Counted from the first letter of the stretch, positions 39,707-53,580 are shown. The stretch: DNA of 64,000 nucleotides from Oopsacas minuta (GCA_024704765.1 JAKMXF010000077.1:635220-699219); one strand, 5' to 3'. Translations and numbers: made by a program. The notes: generated by a model not told the origin, from the sequence alone.

Positions 39707-42700
39707 CACAGTGGCTTAGTAGTAAAGAATTACGAAATTTTTTATAGTAATCCTTTCATTCCTTTATAGTTTCATTGTGTTTCTAAACATTCCAGTAGCA
39801 TCCATTCCAATTTTCGAATCATTTGGGAGCCTATTAGTTATGTAAATTTGAATCGAAAGTTTGTGATTTTTGATGGTGAAATTATCGTTTCGGAGAATTC
39901 AAAATATCAAAGATTTTCACATTGATTCTGATTCTTTATAGAATATATTAGGGATCTATTGTTTCATCTATTCTAGACAATTTTGCAAGCTGATTTCAAA
40001 TTTTGTATCAGATATATCCTAAACCGTGTACCCTTCTATGAAGGATTGTTGTACCCAGGGTAAAAAATGGATCCCATTTTTCCATGCATAACATTTTGAA
40101 AGTGTCTGAAAAGAGATCGTCTAGGAACGTCAAAGCCAAAATAATTCCAGTTGTTGTTTATAAATTATACTATGTTATATGAAGATGACAGGCCCCGAAA
40201 CGGTGCGCAACTTTCATTTTTTGGTCACATTCCATTGTCCGTAATCGTTGCTATGGAAATTCCTAAAGTGATATCTGTAACTATGTAATTGAATACCCGT
40301 CTAATCCTAATTATTCTTAGAAATTACTGGACGAAATTAAACATATAAAATGTGTGTATATACGTGTAGTTATGTTTTCAATCATACACCTCTATTTTCT
40401 CCGAAGTAATTTATCCTTGATCAATGGCTGAACCAATTGGTCCGATGACTTCCCCCGAATCCCGTCTCGATTTAGCTAAAATCCTGAAAGCAAATGGCAA
40501 TTGCGTCCAAACAACTCTCTGTCATCTTAGCGATCTCCATGGATTAGACGATGCCAAGCAGGCTAAACTTGAATTGATTCCACGTAGAATACGAGATATG
40601 ATTAGAACTTCAAAAAATCACTTGAATCTTTGCATAGAGATTGGTGGCATTCAGAAATTTGCTCAGAATTATTTATAGCTTCACATGCCCTCAAAAAAAC
40701 TAAGTCGGTGCGCCAAAAGAAAGAACTTATCAATCTTTCATTGCAACATCAGCGTTCCCGCATCTCTAGTGTCCTTGAGTCTATCAGGTTCATCTCGGTA
40801 ATCGAAAAAACTTCTGAAATTGCAATTGCAGCTCTTGCTTTGTAATTGTTGTGCAATGAAAAGACAATCGAGAAGTTGCAAGGGTATCTAAATTAATTGT
40901 GCAGGGAAAATTCTCTGGTCAATTCGGGCGTGCTTCCAAAAGCAAAGAATTGGATGTGGTCAAGAGATTATTTCTTTTGCATCTACTAGAGATTGGAAAG
41001 AGGAAGTATACTCTACTACAACTTTTGTTATCTAATGGAATTCACTTTCCTACATATCAGAGGGTGGCCGATCGTAGAAATAATTTAGTACTACGAAGTA
41101 TGATTCAACTATACCCGAATCCTACAGCCCCAGTTGGTGTGTGTGTGTGTGTGTGCCATACGCTCAATTTGTCTACCATATATTCTGTAGAATTATGTCC
41201 ACTCTACCGTCCCCTTCAAATAAAGATTTTCCTCTCCGATTTCAGATTGCTGATGGCTTAGATGGATCTGGAAAGCATACCGTATATAATTAACCGAATA
41301 CGAATACGTTTACCAAATCGTTCATTCTATTTTGCTTCAAAGCAATACACATTGTTAATTCTGGTGGAAAGGAACTTTGGAAAAACAACTGCCCGAATTC
41401 TCCATTCTCCCAACGTCCAAATTTCCTTCTTGCAGCCACAGAAAATCATGACAATATTCACCTATTTATGAAAGATATCATCAATCCCGAAACAGATCAA
41501 ATGAAGGACCAAGGTTTCTATTTTGCGGATGATAAACATATATTTGTCGATGTTGTCCGATCAATGCTTGATGGCAAAATGGCAAGTATTCTTTCAGGAG
41601 CAGGAGGTGCGAGCTGCCAACTATGTACTGCAACGCAGAAAGAACTAAAAGATCGTGATTTAATTTTGCAAGGCTATCCCATCAATAGAAACATTTCAGA
41701 CGCCATCGAATTATTTGGAGAACTGGAAGACATTGATGCTTTCTTTTCATTACCAACGAATCAAAGATTTAACCTGACTCACCAACCATTATCAACAATG
41801 GATATTCTACCTGCTTCTCCCGTACATTCCTATACGTGCATTTTTAGATGGTTTAATTTACTTGTGTGCCACCTAAATTGTAACAAGCTCACATGGTCAC
41901 CATCATCAAAAGAAATTAAAGACTCTATGATGGATGTGCGAACCATAGTTCATGAAGTAACAGGTCTAAGAATTGACCAAGCAGACCCCAAAGGAGGTAC
42001 TACCTCTACTAGTGGTGTGGCCCGAAGAGCTTTTTCAAATGATTCCGAGTATATTGAATGCGCAATGTGTTTGGTTAAGATTGATCATAGGGATTCCCTT
42101 TGTAAATTTCACACACAATTATCTGTCATTCTAAGAATCATAAATTCAGACAGAAAATCAATACAGAAGAATTGGGTAACCTTTGTACAGACACATATCC
42201 CCTTATTCTTCAATCCTTTCCTTGGGTGAACATTACACCGACATTACATAAATTTCCAGGCCATTCTGAAGAAATACTGAGAGAGATGAACTTTGGGTAT
42301 GGATTGAAATGCTTTAGCGAAGAAGGATCCGAAGCCTGCAACAAATTTATCAGGAAATATAGGAACATCTTGCAAGGGAAACTTCCTTCAAGGATAATGT
42401 CATTGATATATTTGTCAGACTTTCATCTGAAAGCGATCTTGTCTTAATGAATATCGATCGACAGTGGTGTGCGAAAAGTGCAGAGAACACGGTCATACCT
42501 AAAGAGCTAAGGGCTGCAGAGATAATGCAACAGATTATTGGAATCATCTGTTGATAATATCGTTAAGGGCTTTATTATTGATATGATATTGTAACAACGT
42601 AGTTTGCAGAATGTTAATGAATGAATAATACAACCAAACATCCCCTAGTATCATTGGTTATTGTTTTTGTTCAGAAATTGTTAGAATTGATATATATATT

Positions 42701-43094
42701 AGCAAAAAAGATAGTAATAAATTCAAAAACGCATTTAGAAGTATGAAGTAGAAAAGCAAAAATTATGAAAAAACATGTGTATGATGTCATTTTATAAAAA
42801 TCATGAGTAATTTTGTATTTCTAACAGTTGTAATTGGTTCCATGGATATGATATACTATACCCAAATAATAGAATTTATAGGGCTAAAATTGTTATATAA
42901 GCAGGTATTAAAGAAAAACAAAATTCAGCATAAAGCTATGACGTCAGAACATGAGATATTGAAACCTTATAAAAATTTTTGATGCACCAAATGATTCCTA
43001 GCATATAATAACCTATATGCTGATAATACATTGTATATGTCTATTTCAAATGAAAATACCTATTCTTTGCTAACTCCCATTTTAAGCCACTGTG
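39707..43094 (+). mobile_element. Transib/RAG1-like transposon with RSS-heptamer termini (3388 bp)
   Basis: Both ends read CACAGTGGCTTA inward (39707-39718; revcomp of 43083-43094). Perfect 5-bp TSD AAGTG at 39702-39706 and 43095-43099. Encloses a RAG1/Transib-like transposase. Confidence 0.95.
40424..42586 (+). pseudogene. RAG1-like / Transib transposase pseudogene (about 700 codons when joined)
   Basis: GLDGSG (D at 41261), WKNNCPNSPFSQRP, MLDGK (D at 41570), CQLC, TSTSGVARRAF, ITPTLHKFPGH and SEEGSEACNK (E at 42331). Order and spacing match the RAG1/Transib core. Several stops and frameshifts. Confidence 0.9.
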
Positions 43095-44559
43095 AAGTGT
43101 AGACAGTAGAGTGCTAATTATACCAATTATGGATCTGTTACATCTCCTCACAAAGGACAACTCCCAGTGTGTTTTTTGTGCAAACAAGTTGTTTCTAATG
43201 TAGGAATGAGCCATTAAGAAAGATTGATCATCTGAAATCGCGCCACAGTGATAAGGTAGAGAAAGAGGTGCAACTTCATTAAATTGAGAGACAGCCACAA
43301 AACAATGGGCGGAATCTTTGGAAAAATAGATGGACAAAATATTTATGGTTTGGTTGCCTCCTATAACATTTCGTTACTAATTGCAAAATCTGGCAAGCCA
43401 CATACAATTAGTGAAAACTCATTTTACCTGCAATCCAGGAAGCAGCTACAATTGTTATCCATTCAAATGGGCGAAGTATGATTAAGTCCATTCCGTTAAG
43501 CAATGATACTGTGCTAGGAGAATAAATTTGATGGCTAGTGATGTTGAGAAAACCCTATACAGCAAACTTAAAACAACGGGCTTTTCTCTTCAAATTGACG
43601 AATCCACATTGCCAGGTAACGAAGCACTGCTTCTTGAATATATCCGATATAATCTAGAAGGAATAATGGTTGAAGAAATATTGTTCGCTAGACCACTAGT
43701 AACTGATACAAAGGTGAATATATCTACAAAGTCGTGGAAAAATTCTCTAAGGAAAAGGAAATTCCCATGAATAATATCATTGCTTGTGCAACAGATGGGG
43801 CGCCAGCTATGGTTGGTAGGCATCGTGGTTTCATTTCGTACTTGAAAAAGCTGTGCCTGAGGTTTCGCTATTCACTGCGTCGTCCATCGAGAACATTTGG
43901 TAGCAAAACATGTAATGGTCGCTTGCACAACTCATTGCATATCGTCATTACTTTTATTTATAAATCAAAGCTTCAGCACTCAAGGAAAGAATATTTCGCA
44001 AATATATCACAAAACGAAACAGAATTTGAACGTCTGCTTTTGCACACAGAAGTGAGGTGGCTCTCAAAAGGAAAGTGTCTCAGTCGGTTCTACAGTCTTT
44101 CCGACAGCATTTTAGAATTTAGAGGAAGAGAACTCTCAGTTAATGCAGCTTGTCAGTGCAGCGAAATCAGATGTAGCTTACTTGACTGACATTTTTGGTA
44201 AGTTCAACGCAATGAACTTGGAACTACAAGGCAATTTAGTCACTCTGGTCAAGTGCAAAACTGTTGTCAACTCCTTCATAGGGAAACTAACGCTATTTAA
44301 ACAAAATATCGGTTGACGAGAATTTTATCAGTTTCCTCACCTAATAGGACTCCAAATTTCAAATGACGATTCGCTAGCATATTGTAAACACCTTGAAGTA
44401 CTGAAAGCGGACATGATCAAGCGATTCACTGACTTGTTGGACTTGAACAGCATCATTGGCTAATTGACCCTTTCTGTGTGGATGTCCCAACAGTTCCACT
44501 CTATTTGCAAGGAGAGCTGATGGACTTGCAAAGTGATTGCGAGGAAATGTTATTTCCTG

Positions 44560-45650
44560 GTTGAGATAAGATAGTATAATATTCTTCTTTTGCCATATCC
44601 TACGAACGTTTGGTCTTCTTTCAAAGATTACCCTAGTTTAAACTTAGCGGCCATGAAAGTAAATAGCTGAGAATTTGTTGTTGGATTCCTGAAGCTGGTT
44701 AGACAGGTTCCTTCTTCTTGCAGCTCTAGCTCTACAAAGTTTGCTTAGATCTATAATTTCATAGATTACCCAGAAGAAATGATATTGTAATCTTGGAGGA
44801 CTGCATTTGCGATATCGGCTCCTGCCGATACCTTATGATTTCGATCACAAATGTGTATGTTAGTTAAGTAAGATTCGATCCTTAGGGCTTTGTTTCAGTG
44901 ATTACATCATATGGTGAAAATAACTTATAAATAATCCTGCATAACTTCAAGTTGTAGAGTAAAGTGATGTACCCTTTTGGATCCGCTCTTTCTTCTCATT
45001 GTATAATTCATCTTTCCTTCAAGTAGTGTTATATATGTCTGGGTGGCTAGAAAATCTAAGAATTCGGTATCCATGTCACTCTCACTACGTTGATCCATCA
45101 TAAAAGATCATGCTACTCCTGGAATTTTCTCTAAAATAACATGAGATCTTTATTGTTTTTAAGAGGCAAAAAGTGGGGAATTGTGAAAAGTATCAGTTAA
45201 GATTTTCACCGCTGCAGCGAATGCTGAATCGATATAGATGTGAAGACATTTGATAAGACTCCCAGAGGTTGAAATTCTAGGGGTTTAAAGCTTTATGTCG
45301 AAAGAAATAACCGGTATTGTAGATGTAGGCTAGCAAATTCAATAGCATTCAGATCAATTTTTTGTCGTCATTTTGGTGCTTAGACTTAAATTTCGAGTAG
45401 TTTGACATATACATAATTATCATATTCCGAAGGGCTAACTTTCCCTAGAAACGCAAAAATTCCTTAGGGATGTAACAATATTCCATTCTAAAATTAGGTT
45501 CGAAACCCATCGAGTGATGCTCTAATCAGAGGCGTGTCCAGGGTGAGGCATTGCACACTTAATTTGCTTGTGTCTCCCAAAGATTACATAGAAATGTATC
45601 ACTTGTCAGGCAATGTCGCACCTGTGTCACTACTTTGCCACACCTATGCA
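44560..45650 (-). mobile_element. Heavily decayed Ty3/Gypsy pol remnant
   Basis: Weak minus-strand echoes of RT/connection (EFA..LQY, DSAFAAAVKIL...PLF) and RNase H regions, in the expected order. Confidence 0.4.
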
Positions 45651-46399
45651 GCACCATTTGTGCGATCCTTTCTACGCTTCTGGCTCTAATATATCATACG
45701 GTGTATATTGTGGTAACTGTTAAAAATTTATGTAAAATAATTGAGAATAATTGTAGAATTTTGTTGTCAATTTCCTACACTAATTATTGCAAGTTCGCTC
45801 GTTTCTAAACAGATACATCATATTCCAATAACTGCGACTATTTTGCAGTAGCTTTCAACTGTATTAAAGTATTACTATCCTTGTTTGTACTAATGGAATA
45901 CGTAGCTAGTTAATAGAAAGTGATGTGTATATATAAATATTGAAACGAACAAACCTTCAAAAATTGACACAAAGCGTAGGAAATAGACAATGTCTATAAT
46001 TTTTCAATTATCCTCAATAATCTAGCCTAAATTTTACCATATACCACGATTTACACTGTTATCTTATGGTATATATTGTTCTAGTATCAACAAAAAACTA
46101 ACGACTTATGAAAATATCAATAAAGCTGGAGCAGGGACCATCGTAAAAATGGTGGTAAAAGACTGCTTAGAGGATAAATATATGTGAATATAGACCTAAG
46201 TTAGCATAGCGGTGTTGAACAAGGCGTCAGTTGATGGGATTCGGACATAAATTGAGAATTGATTACGGTCACATTCCCGAGGAATATTTGCGTTGCTAGG
46301 GAAATAAACCTATGAATATGATACCTATATATATATATAATACTGCTGGAAATTTGATACTGAGCATGAATATGATGTTTCTGAAAAGTATAGAATTAT

Positions 46400-47050
46400 C
46401 TAGCCCACATCTACAACATCGTGGATTTCTATTGGGCACCAACTCTTAGAATTTTCTACTTCTGGGGCCCTATCAAATGTCAACCAAATCTCTATCGATC
46501 TAGCATTTCTTAAACACTGGTATACCAAATTTTTCAACTTCTGCCAGAGGTGAACATCTTTTTCACATATCAGCCCCACTATTTTAAGTTGCCAATCAAT
46601 TTAAGATTTTATCATTGAATGAGACCAAAATCTTCTCTATTCTTGATAAATTCCAAGAAAAAAGAGCTTTCTCAAGTCTATGGTTGTAGATAAAAAGCAA
46701 GATATTGATCTCGTTGATAGTAGAAATGGAACATGTTTACATGCTTGTATTACTAGAAAGGCCAATTCTTGGGGATCATTCACCGTTTGTTTAATCTCCC
46801 GAAATTAGCATTATACAACCTGAGTAGTATATAATGACGATATAGTAGTTTTGTTGGAGTTTGTAATCTGAAATATGTCTTGGATAACCAAATATTGGAT
46901 GAAATGTTTGACTTCGTGCAGAGCTCGAAAATTCTAAATGAATACTTAGAAGGAAGAATTAAGTCTAAACTACTCCTCCTTTGGTTTGATTTGGAATAGT
47001 GAATGATTTTTATTGTGGCTGTTCTGGAGGTACCCACCAGCAAATATCTC
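46400..47050 (-). mobile_element. Possible LINE APE-endonuclease remnant
   Basis: Decayed MLISGD*(N) resembles the APE GDFN motif, preceded by a VG..Y.PP-like segment. Confidence 0.3.
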
Positions 47051-50000
47051 TAGGTAGTACTCAAGTATAATATTACCAACTAGTATGTACATCACCGCGT
47101 CACAAAGCTTAGATCAGAAGACATTGATAGATTCCACAGCAGATTTGGAGGTGGGCATATACCATCATCAGTATAATCACATTCAGTGTGATAATCATTT
47201 CAATTATGCATAGTAAGAGTGTTTTAGATCTGCGCCATGGTCACTTTGATTATCGCTTCTCCGATGAGCTCCTGTTACCAAAGGGGGATAGATAGACCGA
47301 TCTTCATTTTTCTTCATTTGGATTATCATCTCTACGGATAAAAACTATTGGTAGATCGGGTTCGACAGTGTGATGCTCAATTCCGCACTCTGAGAAGCAC
47401 CTGGATATAGTACGCACACCTATTTGGCTCCAAGCTCTGGAGACCCATAATATTAGCCAGGGCTATTGGGATTCTTGTAAAGGTCAGAATGAGGCTAGAG
47501 GTTGTGTGTAGCTGGTAGTGTTGCGAAAAATACTAGTTTCATTGTCTTAATCTAAAGCCCATCAGTCCTCTTATGCACATTTGAATTATCCACGAACCTT
47601 TGGATCTTCCTACTTGCAAAATTTGTCTTGCAAATTCATTATACAGTATACACAATATGTGCCAGATCATCCATGTTTCCATGTGTGCCTTGCACACGAC
47701 AGGTAACTTGGACAAGTTGGCACCTAACAGCGCCCTTGGTTTTTCACTGTAACCCTGAAACAAAACCTTGTTTGACCGAGGTTGTAAACATCTCCTGGTC
47801 TGTTTGTGGCGATGAACCCATACAAATGCTATTCCAAATCTGGATGACCACTTAGTTTACGCCAGCTGCTTATGGTAGCGAGTTTATTCTTTCCCGATCC
47901 AAGCCTCTGGAGCCAGAGATCTTAGCTAGCAGGCGAAGTATAGGAACAGTCACATGCATTCCTATATCTTGCAGAAATTCCAAGAATCAATAACAGGAGC
48001 TTCGATATTTTCAAACTTAGGTACGATTACAGGATGTTTTCGTTTTGTAATGTTGTCAAGGATATTACGGGTATCAAATAGATCCAACTGAATAGCAACG
48101 CGAATAGATTTAATGCAGTTGATTGTACTCTTGCCCACATTAAAAAGCTAGGCTACCATATCTTCGCTTTTCCCATTATCTTCTTCGCAAGTGACTTTGG
48201 CAACTGCTCAATGTCTAGAGTTGCATTCAATTTTGAATTCAAGGTCAATTAGTAAATCAATCATTATATCAAGTTATAGATGAAAATTAGGTGAAAACCA
48301 ATGTCACTATTCAGTATTAGGAATGACTTTTTGAACTTTTACTGCATTTTCAATTGGAGAAATTGAATCTAACGAAACTATGAAGCGTTAGATTTAATCA
48401 CAAGAGGATTTCAATTCTAACTATTGCAATGGTACACTTAGAATTGAAATTACATTAATAAAGAGAAAATTCTAGAAAAGTGAGTACTCTTCAAAGTACT
48501 AACTTTGCAAGAAGTTTCTCTTGTGTTGGAAACTAGTACCTAACGATTTCCAGGATTATATTGTCTAAGTGGGTGGTAAAATTTAGAACTCTATGTGAGA
48601 TAAAGTATGAAATATTTCAATTTTAGTGCGCCAAACCAGAAAATGCATGGAGAGTTCATACTATTCGCGTCTATTGTAAGGACTAAATACTATACCACAT
48701 GTCAATGGTAAGTTAGTGACAAATTGCTTTGGGCTTCCGCACAGAGATTTTGGATTGCAGAATAGGACAGAGAAAAAGAACACCATCATCATAGGCAATA
48801 GCTAAGGAGAATTGTGTTGGTTAAAGTTTACAAAACCGGTTGTAACAAGGGAAATTGGTTCATTATATTGAGGCATCCGTTAACTTAAACATCCGCTATC
48901 TCGAACGGAATGGACTGGAAAATAAATTATACTATTGACATAGCAGGAAGAAACTGAATATTGTCAAATAGTGCTTTCACATGAGGTCAAGGTAACATAT
49001 ATGGCCAAAATATCAAATTGTGAAAAGCTTAACAACAATTGATGGAAACATTTCACTAAAAACGGCGGTAATATAGAGCCATATAATTGAATAAGACATC
49101 AAATTAGTATCAACTCATTGGAAAATTGTGCTAGATAGTGATGATTGGATAGTTATTCTTGGTTAGTGCAGAATAACAATTCAATTTGATTCTATGTGAC
49201 TAGTGTTAATAGCGGCAAAGCAATGTGAGGATGATGTGTTACCAATTCTAAAGGCAGACTTTGCACAGCAATTTTGTGAAAAAGTTCAAATTTCTAAAAG
49301 GATTAGGAAGATTAATGATATTAAAGGGTTGCATGTCAACGGAAAGCATTGTTGGAAAGGTGAAGAATCAGCTTACAAATATGTAACCATAGTGTAATAA
49401 TAGACTGAGAATTAGAAACTAACTTGATAAAGGAGAACATTTCTAACCAAGAAGATTCCTTGTTCCCATCCAAAATGTACTGAGGTGGATGTAATTGAAT
49501 AAACAACGATATTAATTGAAGAAATATCTAAATATAAATAAATAGACTAAAGGATTATGACAGTGAAATTAGAACAAAGATTTAGGACGGATGAAAATAA
49601 GCCGCAGAGGTCCACAACCAGTGCGAAACAGCATACTTTGGTGGCTAGAGCATTTTCAGGTGTCCCACGAAAATACAAATTGCTATAGCAAAGTTATGAT
49701 AAGGCATAAGAACTTAGCAAGTGTGAAATAGACTAATAATAATAATAATAAAAATTAGTGCAGGGTAAAATGTAGAATAACAAACAGTACAGCCTGGGGA
49801 GGTTTGGGCACAGTGCTACCAAGTGAATTCATAAAAATTACGGAGATGGCCGAAAGATATACGTAGAAACCAAATTTTTACGAGCATATTAAAATCCTTC
49901 AATGATCCTAAACAGGTCCAAATTTGCCTTTACAAATGCTAGTAACTAACAACCTTATACTAATAATCATAAATACATGTAGATATATGGTCTCTTTCGC

Positions 50001-50349
50001 GTTAGTAAACAATAAAGTATAATCAGCATGTAACAAACTATCAAAGTACTAGTATATATGGTCGTACATGCAATTCGCTAGAAATACGTACAAATAAGTC
50101 TTCATACTTAGATAGCAGTCAAATATACGTAGTCTACGTAAATTTACGGAGACTTGGCAGCACTGCTTGGTTGGGCACATCAAACTATTCAACAGAAAAC
50201 TATAAAGTAAAGTTGAAAAGTTGTACAAAAAGTAAAGCTGAATAGCTGTAAACAAAAGTAATGATCAAAACCCAAAAATCAAAAAAATAGTACAGATTGA
50301 AAAGCTGAAGGACAACTCGAGATGAAAACACAGTAGATTTGGGTGTAAG

Positions 50350-52300
50350 GTATACAAAATAATGACTTCTTTCACATGAACAAAGTTGTAGATTGCACTA
50401 ATTTCCCCAAAATTTGTCAAGCCTAACCTTGAAAGTGGATAGATAGGGGGTAGATATACATTTTTCGGGTTGCTGATCCCAATTCTTTCGGACTGACGTC
50501 TTAACAGGAAACTTTTGTGGTGGAACTAGGTGAAGGGAGTGACCCCCTACACCTATGAACTGCTCGCAAAGAAGAGGAATAACAAAATTAATAGACAAGT
50601 GACTATTTAATGTTTTCCATGTTTAAATTTATCAGCTCTTTACCTTCTATTTTCTAAACAAATCAACCATAACTCACGAATCCCCTCACTATAGGCAAAA
50701 TGTGATAAACAATTAACGTATTTGGTAGCCCTTCTTTGAACTGTTTCAAGCTTGCCGATGTCATTTTGCAAAATAGGTGACCATACACTAGAGGCATATT
50801 AAAGTTTCGGAAGTATGAAGAGTTTGTACATAATTTTGAAATTAACTGGAGTAATCAATGAATGTTCTTTTGAATAGTCCAATCAATCTGGTGGTTGAAG
50901 ATGTTATATTAGAGATATGTTCGGAAATTTTAGTCTATCATCTACCCATACCCCTAACTCCTTTAATACTCTCTCTTCTTCAAAAACATTAAAATTAATA
51001 GAATAACTCCTTTTACCATTATATTTCCCTAGATGTAAAATGCGACATTAGTTGTTGTTCATGGCTATATAGTTTATCTGAGACCATGACACCATGTCCG
51101 AAAAGACTAGACACTATAGATTTATACCCACTTTCAGATTTAGATCCACCATAAAATTTCTTGTCAGAGAATGGGATATAATACTGACCCTTGTGGAATA
51201 CCACTCTGGACGAAACACTAGTCTGAAAAAGATGACACTAATTTAACTCGCTGTTTACTATTTGAAAGGTAAGGATCGAACCAATATTATAGCTTCCCTC
51301 TAATTCCTATTGATTACAATTAGTCTAATAACAAATTGTGTTGGACTTTATCGAACACCTTCTCGAAGTCAATATAGATAACATCAATGGACAAACCCCT
51401 ATCAACAGACAGGGTCCAAGAATCTAGCACCTCTAGCAAACTTGACACAGATGATCGGTTGGGAAGAAAACCACATTGAATATCATTGATTATATTATTT
51501 GTAAATAAATGATGTAACAGAAAGGCTTAATCATACTTTCTAAGAACTTAACCACAATCGAGGTTAAGGAAACTGGTCTATAATTACTAGCAATCGATCT
51601 GGGGCCATTTTTGAAAATGGGGAATATATCAACCAGTTCCAACTACAGGGTAGGATCCCATGAACGAGACTCTGAGTAAAAAGAGTAAAGAAAGGTTTGA
51701 AAAAATTTAGAATAGTTTCTTAATAGTTTGGGTGAATACTACCTGGACCTGGAGATTTGGTTACGTTCAAAAGCTCAATTTGTTACAAAACCATTTCTTC
51801 TGTGATTAGTATATGGTCCAGTGTTAATAACAGCCGATTCAATATAAATTCCTCTATCCGCTGGTTGACTAAACACAAATAAAAGTAATCAAAAGTGAAC
51901 CTGCCAATTCCGCTTCTGACAGGATTACCCACTGTCACTTATTAGAGATAAATCTTTTTTACATTCAATCCTTGGTGCTTGGAATAGTAGAAAAACGCTT
52001 TAATAGATAGACTTGGGTGATGTAGACTATGTGCCAACTTATCTTTATACTCTTTCCTCAGCTCGATTGCTAATTTAGCTACATTCCTCAAAGCTTGTTT
52101 ATAATATTTCCAAGTGGAATAGGAAAGGTTGTTTCTATATACTAACCACAAGCACCCTTTATCCTTGACTTCTGATTTAAAGTTTGGATTGCCCAAATAA
52201 GCAAAACCTCTTCTAACGATTACTTCCTTTCTAGGCACACATAAAAGGACGCTTTGATACATCTGACCAAATTTCTCCGCAGGCAATCAACTGAGTAATT
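50350..52300 (-). mobile_element. CR1/L2-like non-LTR retrotransposon remnant
   Basis: Minus strand carries IDVIYIDFEKVFDKVQH, SGIPQGSVLYPIL, LETVQRRATK and the terminal FKVRLDKFW. Confidence 0.75.
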
Positions 52301-53389
52301 AAGATTGAAAATATCTTTCCAAACCCTCCATAACTTTAGTAACATCATCCTTCATTGTTTTATCATACATATATACAATTTTGGAATGCTTTGATACATA
52401 GGGGTCATACTTTAATATTAAAAATTAGAACATTGATATCACTACCACATAGAGGGGGATAAATATAAGATTAAGAAGACGTGAATCCTCATTTGAAAAT
52501 ATAAGATCAACTAGAATAGCTGCACTTTCGCTATGCTTCGTAGTATCTTGTATATGTTAATACAAAAAGTTCACTTACCAAATTCCTCAGTAGTGTGTCT
52601 TCTATTAACCTCCACTTCTTTCAGGATCGTTCTCAATTTGTCACTGGTATCCTCATTTCCGGTGATTCAATGTAAGATTAAAGAGTTGAACAATTATTGG
52701 TCATTATATGTAACTTTCCTTGGCCTTGCTAGTAAATTTGATAATATTGCCAGATAAACTCATTATATTGGGATGAATACTCCCAATTTCTTCCTTCCGA
52801 GAATTATTCTAAGATGTTTCCCTGTCTCTAGCAAATAGAATTGTGATTTTTAGCTATGAGTAACTGAAACAGTTCACAGAATCCTCACAAGCCCCTTCCA
52901 GTGAGTTAAGCCACTTTATTAACTTGTGGACAGTATAATCTCTTGAAATGGAGTAGTTAATAGAGAGAGAAGTATTTAACCAAGAATTTCCCTTCTTTGA
53001 AACCGACATCGTATAATAAATCAATAAAAGAGAAATAAACAATATAATCTGTAGGGTATTTATGAAGAATTCATAATGAAATTTTTAAAATTTTCGGATG
53101 AAAACGACATTATCTGTACACACAATTCGAAATATCATAAACTGTTTATCTTTGAGACCATGTAGAACGCAAATAATTGTCAAAGATCAAAATGTAAGAT
53201 AAGAAATGATCTAAAGTGGTTAGTGTACAAAATACACCAAGGTAGTCATGATAAAGTTGCAACATTTCGGAGTTACACATAAGACCGAGAAAATTTACTC
53301 TTGGAAAATAACTAAAAGTCACAAGGAATTATGTCAGGAAATAGGGAGGATGATCAAGTGTTTGTAAACTCATTTTTTCGATGTATGCG

Positions 53390-53580
53390 AATTATAATTT
53401 AATGCTACTTGCATTATCACGAAGAATTTGGATTCCCCGAGAACCAGTTCTAGGTCGCCATTTTGTGTAGTGTTTGGTCACCTCTGCAATCAGCTGAGTG
53501 CAGTAGAAATTTCCCGTAAATACACTCATTTGGGAGGTAAACCTAAGAAACTGGGAAGAAGGAGAAAGGCAATTATGCAC
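53390..53580 (-). mobile_element. mariner transposase fragment
   Basis: FYCTQ..RPRTGSRGIQILRDNASS parallels RPKTGIRGILLHHDNASA of the 13.5-kb mariner. Confidence 0.65.

Larger units (their letters stand above)
39262..44560 (+). mobile_element. Buster/Charlie-type hAT, split by the Transib/RAG1-like insertion and 3'-truncated
   Basis: Left TIR-like AAGTGTTTCTCAAAGTG at 39262 with a GC-rich subterminal region. Coding remnants resume at 43095: KCRQ, PVCFLC, FSLQIDEST, CATDGAPAMVG and LLHTEVRWLSKGK. The right limit is approximate. Confidence 0.8.

Noticed and set aside
39770-39925. Short open frame (FHCVSKHSSSIHSNFRIIWEP...) in the left arm of the RAG1-like element as a second gene
   Set aside because: About 50 codons, no start context, and no kelch/PHD similarity visible.
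48627-48707. Plus-strand AG...GTAAGT exon-like 81-nt segment
   Set aside because: Isolated, with no partner exons or recognisable peptide.
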